A stretch of 64,000 bases of DNA from Raillietiella orientalis (lineage: Eukaryota), in the NCBI GenBank assembly GCA_036172245.1, contig JAYWIR010000007.1, positions 3,534,001-3,598,000 of the forward strand, written 5' to 3'. Of this stretch, positions 49,165 through 61,100 are shown one piece after another (position 1 is the first letter of the stretch; each line of letters begins with the position of its first letter). Under the pieces are notes generated by a model, which saw only the letters and a program-made list of their open reading frames with translations, made no database searches and had not been told where the DNA came from. Position numbers and translations under genes: made by a program.

Positions 49165-50971
49165 TTGTTAATTACAGTGATTTCATTCTGTTTCATTGCC
49201 TGGTGTGAAGTTTGCTGCGTAAAATGTTAGAAGGAAGTTCAGTGCTTAATTCAATTATGTGACGTTTATCCATTACAGTGATTTGGACTCATCATATGTG
49301 TTTGAATTCATTACTTTTGAGATCTTGGCGTATGATTGTCACATTATGTTTTCTACAAATAGAATCTTCAGCAATGTCCGTCAAGCATATTCGACTTTAA
49401 GAACTCATGGATAGTTAACTAAAGTTTAGTTTAGTTGTGAATTGAGTTTTGTAGTTTCTCCTGAACAAATTGCAGAATTGATGAATCCATTAAGAAGCTA
49501 AGGTAATCAGGATCCCCAACGGATACTTTCTTGATGCTTGAATTAGTGCTATAAAGGAATTAGTGCTATCCTTTGAAAAGGAAGTGTATTCTAAAGTGAA
49601 TGTTCTCATTTATGTTTGTACTTAATATCAGAAATGAAATATTTCCGTGCAGAGTCGGTATGAAGACATTGACATGCTTTCATTCGAAGTTCCTCAGAAA
49701 GCATGACACTGAAATGGAAAACGGTATTGAAAGTTTTACTCTTTAAAAACGAGGTACCAAAACGAAGTAGTTGGATATCTGTGTTCAATGATTTTAGCCA
49801 ATGCTGTAAATGAATAAATCGATAGGATTCTTTCTAAATTACTGCTTGCTCCGTTCCCATTTTTAGTATATGTACAGCCGAAGCGTGTACACATACTAAA
49901 AATGTACATATACTCCCATTATGGTTTTTAAATTCGTCTGTATCCACATGTCAGTAAGTAGTTGTAATTCCTTCGTATTCTTGGTTATCCTGGAGTTCGT
50001 AGATTGCAAATTAGTTCGTTGTAGTGTGTACTTCTCGTCACTTAGTGTGTCTAAAATTCGAAAATTCTCTCAAGGAATCCGAAAAATGAAATTACTTGAT
50101 GGTAAATAAGATCTGCTTTTTCACCGGTTGCTTACTGAAATCGACATAGCAATTCAACATAATTTCAAGTATCCTTAAGTTGGAAATCGAATGCTAGGTA
50201 ATATTTAGCATTCATGTGAACACGCTAGAGCCTTACCGAAAAACAAGAGCAAGGAAACTGGTTTATTTACATAATTGCATAGTAGAAGTTCATTGTCATG
50301 ATGACGGTTCGATAATTCACGTATGTTTTTCTTTCCTGTATGCGCTGTAGTCTGTTTTGAGAACCATCACAGAGAGGAATTTTCAATCCATGTTTTTTGC
50401 AGTTCTCTGAGTAGTTGTAATAGGCAGTTGATCAAATGTCAAGTTAACACACTTATTTTCGCCGTTTTGCAATAAAATCGCAGGGTAAACATGAACTGTA
50501 GGCCTATTGTTATTCGGTATGTATCACTTTTTTTTATTTGAAGCCTGATAAAGGAATAACATTAACCCAAACTGGAAACTGCCAGAAATTAACTCGGATC
50601 TATACCGCGCCCTGTTTGCACACTCCCGGAGATAGCACGAGAAAAGCGGTGTTTCCGTGTTTATTGTGCTTTAATGTTACCATATGCACGTTTATTGCAA
50701 AGCATAAGTAGTGTTTCTTAATTTAAGATAATTCTTAAATAACATGCGTTCAATTATTTGAGTGCATTTATGGTTGTTGTTTTTTTTTTTTTATCGTAGC
50801 AAGCTTGATATATTGATGTGAATGCCCCCATATATATTGACATTGAGTATGCTTTACACGTTTTCAAGGATTTCGAAAATGTAATAATGCTTGATACTGG
50901 ATTTCGAAGATCAGTAAGAATTTATAGCAAATTTTTTTGATACATTTGCAAAGTTTGGAAGCATATTGATT

Positions 50972-53900
50972 ATGAGTGAAGAAAATTTGGAAATTGAGCT
51001 CAAAGGTAAATGTGACCATTTGAAACAGACAGGAGTTGTTTGTATTCATAGATTCAGAGGTTAACATTTTGGAGGAAATTCTAACGGAAAATTCGGATGC
51101 ATTCGATGATTTTGTTGCAGAAGTTAGTTCAGAATCGAAAAAAGGTATGAGTATTTATATTTCCTCCTAGCATTTTGAATAGTATAAATAATTAGAGCAG
51201 CAATGCCTAGTTGTAGCTCATCAGCATAATTAAATCATATGAAAGTCAAACAAAGTCAGTTAAAACTTTATATTGCTTATGCCGCTATTTTCTCAGTAAG
51301 TTTCTTGTTGCTTCTCAAAATAACTACTAGAAATTTTTTCAAGTTATATATTTCTTATATAGGGAAATCTAGAGAATCAGGAAATACTGTTTCCAATTCA
51401 TATAAATCAGATGAGGTGAGATGCACCAAAACAACAAAAAAAAGGACAGAAGTAAGTTCGCATGTACCATTTTGTAGTATTAGAAAAGTGATTGCTGAAG
51501 TGTAAATTCACAATTGTTTCTTATGAAGTAGTAATTTTGATAAACAGACTTGGATTGTTCAGCTCATCATTAATTGCAAACGATTTTTATTTCAAGTAAT
51601 TTTTAATTCAAAGTATACAATGTTATATTTACAGTGAGACATTTGAATGTATTTACATTTCTATGTGGCACTTGACATGGTATGGCAATGAAAGTAATTC
51701 ACTATGTTAGGTCAATTCAAAATACAGAATAACCTGCAATTCAGCAGAGCTGAATTCTAATTATAAATTGTGAATAGGTGATTTGACTTTGCAACTAGCA
51801 TTCAGTCAAGAATCAATTTTATTTGTATGTGAAGTCTATTTATTTTTGTATCATTTGTATTATTCTGATGTGGAAAGTCTTATGTAAATTATGATTTCAG
51901 TTTCCAAATAAATTTTTACTGCTACAAAAAATTGCGATTGATAAAATAGTGTAGTTTCTTCATAATATTTAATCAGATTGTGAAACTATTAGTAAATATT
52001 TGATTCTTAATGTACATTATTTCTTTGGAGTTTGTTTTTTTTCTAGTATTTAGAATTTATTCCAAGTTTGGGAAATTCTAAACAATCAAAAAATTTATTG
52101 ATTATCAGATAGAGGTAACTTGATCACTACTTGATGTAAATGTAAAAATTCCAAAAATAGCATCAAATGATTAGTTCAATGAGAATTCGATTTTGTTTCT
52201 GATTGTTGTTTCTGATTTTGTTAAATACAATTTTGTGATGAATGTATGTATTAGCTCCATTATTTTGATTATCATTTTTTTAGAAAGTTGATTTTAATTC
52301 AATAGTTTTTATCATCAAACTGCAAAAATTTCTTGAAGAGATAAACATTTTATCAGCTGTTTTAATGGATGTTGAGTTTGTAATCCTATCAAAACTTTCT
52401 AATTATGGGATGCTTTGTCAGTAAACTGTTTTCCTTGTTTGGTCTTTAAAGTTTGAATAGTATATTTGTATAGTAAGTTATTTCCGGATTCTAGAATGAA
52501 GAATGCACCGTAGTTATCAGAGTCTTGTTGACACTATTTGGTTATTTATCATCTCTTGTTACACTAGCTCATGTAGAACTAGCTGCAGTTCAAAAATACT
52601 GCAGTACTGTGGATCCTAAGCAATTTCATAATGATTAATTTTTCTTCTGCATGTCTCTTTTTGTTCTTCAAAAAAAAAACTTTTGTTCTCTAAGAAAACT
52701 TCTCATTGTAAGGAACAATAAGAACATCTGACAAATGTTTTCGTATTTATTCCTTTAGTTTTATTTAATTGAATAGGTTGAATGGATTTGGAATTTTGGT
52801 TTGGAACTTAGAAGTATTTATTTGCTTTGTATTTTTTGGTTTCATTGAAACTAGATATTGCTATGGATCTTGAGATCACTTAAAAGCTTTTGTTTGGTTA
52901 AAATGTAATATTTATAGAGATTTTACTCGTCTTTTTTTTTTTTTTTTCATTTTTTAATCCATTTCACTTCATTTTCATGCTTTTTTTTTTTTCCTGGAGT
53001 TTTTAAAATTATGTTTTCCTTTCAAGGCCTGGGAATAAATAGCATAATTTTGATCACATGTTTATTTAGTGAACTTTGGATTTCTTTTGTATAAATCAAT
53101 TCAAAAATGCAGCATTTATTTTTGCCTTCTAGTATTCAATTTTTTTCAAAATTCCATCATTGAAACAATGCTTAAACATATTCATGAAATGTGTCCTGAT
53201 TTATTTACTTTAGGATTGCAAAATCGGTTCAGAAAATATGCATGCTGATGTTAGAGAGAAAGAAGAAATCTGCTCTAGAAGTGAACTGAAGCATATAAAA
53301 GTAAATATATTCTTTCATGCATAAAGACATTTTTTATTTTAATATAAATACAGGTAGCAGTGTAAATGAAAGGAAATTCAAAATCATTTGTGAACTTTAA
53401 TAGAATTAGATGTTTTTTCTTTAGATTATTATAATTAAATACCCACAGTCTCATTTGGTTTCAACTTGCTGCAGTTTTATATCATACAAGATTAAATAAG
53501 CTATTGTGATTACTATAAAATATTAAGCTGTTTATAATGTTTTATTATGTGGTTTATCACTTGCAACCATTTTGACAGTGTCCATGTGCAGTACTGAAAA
53601 ATGGATATGTGATCATTTTCATGCATCTTTTTAAAAGAATGATGCAAACTTTATTTTCTCAGCTACCCTTGTTTGAGGAAATGTGTGACCAAAGTTCGTG
53701 TTTTTTGAGTATGCTGAAAAAAGCATTATTCTGTTGTAAATAATTTTTCAAGTTTGATAATGCTCACCGGTTTTGCAGTTATTTCCGTTAGCTTTGTATG
53801 AATTATGCAGATTTTGAAACATTGCAACAGTAATGTTAATTTAAGCATAATCAGTAAAGTTCCGAGATTTGGGGGGGGGGGGGGTTTCATGTTTTTTCTT

Positions 53901-56900
53901 CAAATTTTCCTATTTATATGCTGTATTTATTTGCATATGAGTTTCTGTGCTTTTATTGCATGCTATCTTCCACATTTTGGAAGTTGCCAATTTATAGGAG
54001 GCTTGTTTTGTTGTGCAGTGATTTCTCAAAAGTTGTTAGAAGTTGGTGTATTCTAAGAAATGTTGTTTTACTACATTTACTTCTTAAACATAATTTTGTA
54101 CCATGAATAATGTTGAAGGTCATGTTCACATAGTGGGCTTTGAATAAAACTGTTTATGTTTTGAGGAAACAAGCATTGTCCTGTCTCATTTTAGCCAGTA
54201 ATTATGTTTTGGAGTGAAATTAAAAAAAAATATCTGAATTTTTGGTGAAGTGTATAAAAGAATTTCAGCACCAATAAATATTGTAGCATACTATTAGTCA
54301 GTATTTGTCAGTAAACTTGTGTTCTACATCTGTTGCAGTATTCTACATAATATGTAGGTTGCATCAGATCAGCATCTTTTTGTTGGTGCAAAACTGTGCA
54401 CAGCAATGGAATTTCTTCAGTTGCTGTATAGAATATACAGCAACCTGTTTTGTTATTCTATATAACTGAGTTTTAATCTTTTATACATTTTCCATTTTTC
54501 ACTGATTACTAAGTGAAAAACTTTGCAATCATTGCAACTTCATTTTTTCAAGTTTTTACCTACAATTTAGCATGGTAGTTATTAAAAATGCTTTAGCAAT
54601 GATTTTTATACAATGTTTGCCTGTTGCAATAATCGATATTCTAATAACATTACGAGTTCTTTCTTTTCAATTCATGTGAAGTAGGTTATTATGCCATAAA
54701 GGGACTTAACTGTGTTATTTTGTAGCATTTAAAATTTCATTTAAGAAATTTTTCACTTACAGTTGTGCTCACAAGACGCCTGTTTTTGAATCAGTTTTTA
54801 AGTCTATACTGTCTTATCGCAGAAATGCAAATATTTAGAGGCATTTGCACCATGAGCTGCAGCATGTACTAATGCAAAACTTTTTTCATGCACATACTGT
54901 AAATGCTAATTTCTAGTAGTTTTGCATTTGTTCATGGGAAAAACAATGGTTAAATTATTCTCGTAAATTCTGTTGATGATGAGATTTTATTATCATATCT
55001 TAAATGTAGGATTACTAATACCAAGTACACCTTCATGTATTGTAATAATGTGTAGCAACTAGAATAGAAGAATTAAATGAAATTTAATTCATGTACCTTT
55101 TCAAGAATCTGTGAAATATTGACAGATATATGAAAGTGTCTTTATAAAATCCACTGAAAAGCTTCTGATTAGATATTGATGGTTACAAGTATAATTTAAC
55201 ATGAAAATTGAACATTTGTGAAAAATAGATCTAATCTTCAAGATGTAAGTGATTGTAATATTATTCAGTAGTTTTGTGGAAGCAAAGCTACTGAACAATG
55301 TTGTTATTCAATGATTATTCATACATAATGTGTTTAGGCTTCACTGTGTTCTTGAGTAATGAAATCATGGTGGTTTTAAAAGTGAGTTCTGTTTGATGAA
55401 GCATGCTAACTCTATTAAACCATACTATATGCTTTAGGCATTTTATTGCTTTGTCAGTGCTACAAGTTGAGTATAGAGTGGGTGATTCTTTGATATGTAA
55501 AAATCTACAATTTGCTGATAGATATCATCACAATTGTAAAATTGGGGAATAGGATTGAAGAGGAGTTAAAAAATGTGAAGTATTTTTTTTTTTCTCTTAT
55601 ATCAGATTGGAAATTATTGCAGCTGGGTTTGTTGAAATCAAATTTGTGATTAAGTTAGTTCATCAGAAAGACCTAGTGAGATTTCAGGAAAGCATAAATT
55701 CACTGTAGTTTACTTTGATAATAATTTTCAAAACTTTACAACTTCATCTTATGTGACTTTTATATTTAATTATTAAATATGGTGTTATATAGAAATGTGA
55801 TTCATTTTGTCGCACATTTTGTCTCACATCCCTCATTTAATTTATCCCTCATTTAATCATCCCTCAAGTATAATGGTATGCATCATATAACATGATTAAA
55901 CGAGGGATGTTTATTTTACTCCTGGTATTTGTATAATTATTAAGTCTAGGTCAAAGAGAGTAATACATTTCTATTGAATCCATATGGATTCCATAGAAAC
56001 AACATATTACAGGATTCAACAAAAACAACATATTAACATTATCCATATTATCATTTGATAAGAATCTTAAAAACTTTTGAAAAGTCAGTTTTAAAGAATT
56101 AGAGTACTTTGTTGTGGCTATTCTTGTTTTTGGTAACATTCTGAATCAAAACAGTGTGAGTGCTTCGAGAAGTTCCAACTGCTTGAAACAGAAATCGAAA
56201 ACTTTCAATTTTTTCATTTTGTTGGTAATTGTTCTTTATTTTAAATTTGTTGCTGCTTATTCATTCTAAGCTGTTTAAAGTGAAGCTGCAATCAATTTTT
56301 ATCAAAAAAAAAAATCTTATCTTTATGCTTACTATAATTTGCACAATATTTGTAAGATAAGGAATAGAAGTAAATGTAGCATAAAGAGAGCAATCATTAT
56401 TAAAAGTGAAGGAAATCACTGAAATCTTAGAATGTATCTAAACTTTCATGTGTTAGTATGTAAGAGTTCTTGTCTGTAATAATTTCTGTTAGAACGAAGT
56501 AAAACTCATATTTTGTAAATGTATTCCCTAAGTACTGATTAATGTCAGTTTTTCACATATGAGCTTCTGAAAGGAGTTCTCATTTTTGATGTTATGTTTC
56601 TAGATGAGTGATAGAAAAGTAAGAGAGAAGGAAATCAGTTCCGTAATTAAGAAGCAAGATAATTCAAATATGGATCGATTTTCCGGTAAAGATTATCCTC
56701 ATGTTGCAATCATTGTTTATACTTAGTTAACTTTCAATGATAAATTTAATTTGTCTAGCACTTATGTAATTGAAAACTTTATTGTAGCACGAAACAAGTC
56801 AGATAAAGCATTGCCACGAATGGAAAAATCTGTTTACAATAAAGGACTTATTTTGGACACCACAAAAAAAACTGATTTGAAAGATAGTTCTTTGGGCAAG

Positions 56901-58159
56901 TTGCCAGCTTAATATTAGTTTTATTGAAGTGAATAGGTTTTCATATCAGGCCATTATCTCATACAGAATTTGTTGCAAAAGAGGAAGAGGAAGATGATAA
57001 CGAATATGGCACTCGTTCAGAAGCAAGTACTTCAACTAGTGATGAAAGTGATGCCAGTGATTCTAGCAAGCTCACAGCAAGTTCCCATTCTTCATCAATG
57101 GATCCTAATGATAGAGGTATGCAGAGATGATGGGAAATAGTAAACTATATGTGTTTTAGGTGGTCGGGAAGAGTCTTGCCCCTCCAAAAGAGGATTTTCT
57201 CCTATTGTCTTTAGAGACAAACGTAAGTGTTAATGGAACTGATCTTGATGTATATACTGTGCATTTAGGTTCTAGTCCATCTCAGAACTCGAGAAGCAAA
57301 TCATATGGTAGGAATGATGCTTCATGTGCAAATAATCAATATGTTTTGAAAGATTATTTCACTAAACTCAGCTATTTATTTCGTGATGCAAGTTTCTTTC
57401 TGATGAAAAGCAATAATCCGGAGAATGTAACATTATCAAAAGCTAAAGGAGTGTGGTCCACTCCTCCACAGAATGAGTCAAAACTGAATAAAGCTTTCCG
57501 AGTTAAGATAAAATGGCCTTTGCTAGCTCTAATACTAAGCATATTATTGGGTTTTAGGAATACAGAAATGTACTGCTTATTTTTTCCGTTAAAGAGAGTG
57601 GCAAATTTGCAGGTGAGATTTCTGAACAGTGTTCTTTCTAAGTTATCCATTGTTATTGCAGGATTTGCACGTTTGGCTAATGAATCAAGGCATGATGTAC
57701 CTCCAATTTCTTGGGTTCTACCTCCAGGTTTGTCTGCTAGAGCGTTAGGAGGAGTTTTTGAAGTGGACTGGATTTGCCGGTAACTCAGAGCTCTTGTTTC
57801 GAATTTTTTTTAGTATCTGTTCAGTAAGGATTTGCATTTCACCAAAGTTCAGCATTTGTATAATCCTTGGAATGAAGGTAAACCTGTGAAAATCGGCCGA
57901 GATGGTCAGGTTAGTCATGTTCACATGTATTCATATGTATACAATTAATTTAGGAAATTGAGCCACACGTGGCAGAAGAATTGTGTCGTTGGTTTCCTGT
58001 AGATGAGGGCGTTGATCTCGTTCCTATATTGTATAAATCGAAAAAATCAATCCGGGTACTGACTCCAGGGCAAGGATCTGATTCTACATATAGAAGAATT
58101 CAACAGCGATCTCATAGAATATCTGGAAGCCATAGTCATGGGAGAGACACATGGATTAG
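50972..58159 (+). CDS. YTHDC1: YTH domain-containing protein 1 (nuclear m6A reader), multi-exon, 3' end unresolved; proposed exons 50972-51005, 51052-51144, 51363-51415, 53214-53300, 56604-56685, 56788-56895, 56967-57116, 57160-57222, 57269-57307, 57353-57501, 57558-57612, 57662-57779, 57825-57909, 57954-~58159
   Basis: N-terminal [21 protein letters not shown] and RGFSPIVF match recalled YTHDC1 motifs. YTH domain [21 protein letters not shown]...[16 protein letters not shown]...WVLPPG...[19 protein letters not shown]. The low-conservation middle exons are less certain. Confidence 0.92.
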
Positions 58160-61100
58160 GTATTACCTCTGTTTCATCACAGACCTATTCCAATCATTGA
58201 AAATGAGTGATCCGTTTCCCCAAAAACTTGCATTGTGAACTTGGCCATGCCTTAGGGTGGGTGGCGGAATGAACAAGGAAGTGAAAGGCTGTGGTGTTGG
58301 CCCTCAGTCCTCAATAGTTCATTTTTTCCTTTTATTCATCTTATTTAATCTGAGTACTTGATAATCATGTGATGCTTAGCAGAGTTGGACTAGTAAGCTT
58401 TCCTTGGAATTGATTGAAACATCACTAAAAACTTTTGAGTGCTTTTTTGTGTCAATTGCCAAGGGTCAAAAGGACAGGTTACATGTGCAATTGACCTAGG
58501 TTCTTCATTGAACAGGATTGTTTTGTTTCTAGTGTGGAAAGTGACATTCAGCACGAGTAAGTCGATCATTTCATTTTTTTATCATTCCATATTGGGAGTA
58601 AGGTAAGTTATTTCCTGCTGCCATCGTTTCTTTCTGCAAACTTGCTACTTTAGTGCAATTGTTAATTTATGTAAAAAAAAAAAAAACAAAACAAAACCCA
58701 AAAAAACAAACAGACTGGGTAAAGTGATAAATTTCGAAACCAAATCGCAGTTGCATTATGTGATTGTTTGGATGATTAAAAATTTTGTGACACTTAGAAA
58801 TTTTTGAAGAAGTGTGGCCTTGTAAGTTATTAAGATTCCAGAAAAGTTTACTGTTTATGTATTATATTAAGCACTGTGTGGCGCATATAAGTATATCTAA
58901 TTTGAAGAACTATGTTTTCAGACAACAAAGTCATTACATATTTTCAAATAGTTTTTTGATTAATACAAGCCTATTCCATAAACGAAAATGTGATTCCTTT
59001 GATCTTTGAATATTGTTGGTGATTTGAAATTGTTTTTCAAGTTTTCTAAGCATTTAAGTTATTCTATTATTTAAATAATTGGAAGTTGCCAATTTATATG
59101 CCTTCAAGAACACTACGTCTATTATTTAAATAATATAATAACTTAAATATCGAAACTTGGACAGTTGGAATTGTCTGCTGCCTAACATAAATGTGTTTTC
59201 TGAGAAGTTGCTCCAAATTGCATTGCACCTTGTTGTTGGTAGGTTCAGCTTTCAAAGTTCGTATGGATTTGTCTAACTTTTTCGTCCAAGTCACTATTAG
59301 TTGCTTTCAAACAGGGTTTCGGGCTCTAAAATGCATATGCCTCGATGTATTTAAAAAACACTGAAGTCGGGACTTTGCTACTGTGGTATGCACATCTAAA
59401 ATGATTACTATATACATGCCGATGCTAATAAAAGCCCTTGAATCTCCCAAATATTTTTTAAAATTAGAAAACGTTTTGTGATATCTCTAAAAGCAAAGTA
59501 TGTGCCACAAAATCGTGAAATTGACATCAGTATTTCTTGGCACTTCAGCTTCAATTAATCCGTGTTTTAGTAACACATGTTTTTCCGCATGCACTGTATC
59601 CTGACTGTCGCGTACGTCTCGTTTGCTTTTTATTGTTTTTTTTTGTGCAATATTGGGTAACTCAGTGGTCGTGAACAGGTTTTCTTGCGAATAGGGTTTA
59701 GCAGCTGGTTTGAGATTTGTAGGATGTATTCAGAGGAGTAGAAGTAAACTGGTTGATCGAAAATTCAGTCTTTCTCAAGCAAAAAAGAAAAGAAAATGAG
59801 CAACACACCATGCAGCCAAATGGCCGAGCTGAAATATTAGTCGAACCTTGTAACAGATGTTTTAAAGGCAATTTCTTATATAGCAGAATGATCCACATGT
59901 ATGAAGAGAGAATGATAACATTGGTAAGCAGTGCTGCTGACTTGGTCAGAGCAGCATTTAATGTTTATAAGTCTGTGAAGAGGCAAGCAGTGAATATGCG
60001 TGCTAAAGTTGGGAGAACACTTAAAATGCGCTTTCGAAGATGAAACAGGTTTTCCGTGTTGGCTGTTAAGAGAACGAAATGTGTTTTCTGCTTAAAGCGA
60101 CGCGCACTATGGACGGAATTCCCTCTAGGTTTCGATTTTTTTTTTTTGGACCAGTACCATGAATAGTAAAATAGCAAAACATTGTGAATTATAGCTTCTA
60201 AGTGATCACCAGATTATTCTGCTTCGTGTTATGCTCACAGTACAAAACTGTGAGCATCACGAAAACGGTATAAAACTGTTTCCGTGATTACTTTCCGTTT
60301 GTTCCGAAACAAGTCAGCTAAATTAAAAAATATGATTGCTTCAATCTCTGAATATTACCAGCGATTTAAGGTTGCATCACAAGTTTCAGAGTTATGGAAC
60401 GTTAGCAGAATAATAGATCTAAGTGGGTGTTGAAAATTATGAGGCTCACGTACGTTCCTTCTGGAAATGAGTTACTTGACATTTCCTACGGAAAAAATCT
60501 TTCAGAGTTTAAAATTTTTATTCATTTTCGTTTCTGCCATTGATTCCGCAAGTATTGGGTTATGCCCATACTTCAGAGGCAAGTGGGTTCTTCAAGATGG
60601 GAACTCTTTCAGTTTGATGGTTCAGGCCGCATATCCGAAGCAGCGCAAACGGGCGTGACGTACTCAGTAAATATATCAGTAAGTAATCTCACATGGTCAT
60701 ACCAGCGTATCGCAAACATTAGGGGAACTGCTTCCGATGTCCAGCTTGAGAGACATAGACAAAACCGATAGGGGCTACAGATCATGACTAAGCACCAACA
60801 GTGAGTGAACCAAGCCACAGTTTCAAAAGTGGATACGGAATAGTGACAGTTAATTGGACACACAGCATTTGAAAATTCTGCTGTTACTCATACAATAGGC
60901 TGTGGTGAAATGGAGCAGGAACAGTGATTATGTACACCATAGTACCCGTAAAAGTGAATGTCATTGATGACGGGAAAAAAACGTTCAGCATTCAGTAAAA
61001 TTATTGTGTTGCCCTAGTGCTTTAAATTGTTTTTGTTCCAGAAGAAATGGTGAATCAAAATGTTATTATGTATGCCTTGCAGTATTTTTGTTTTCTATGA

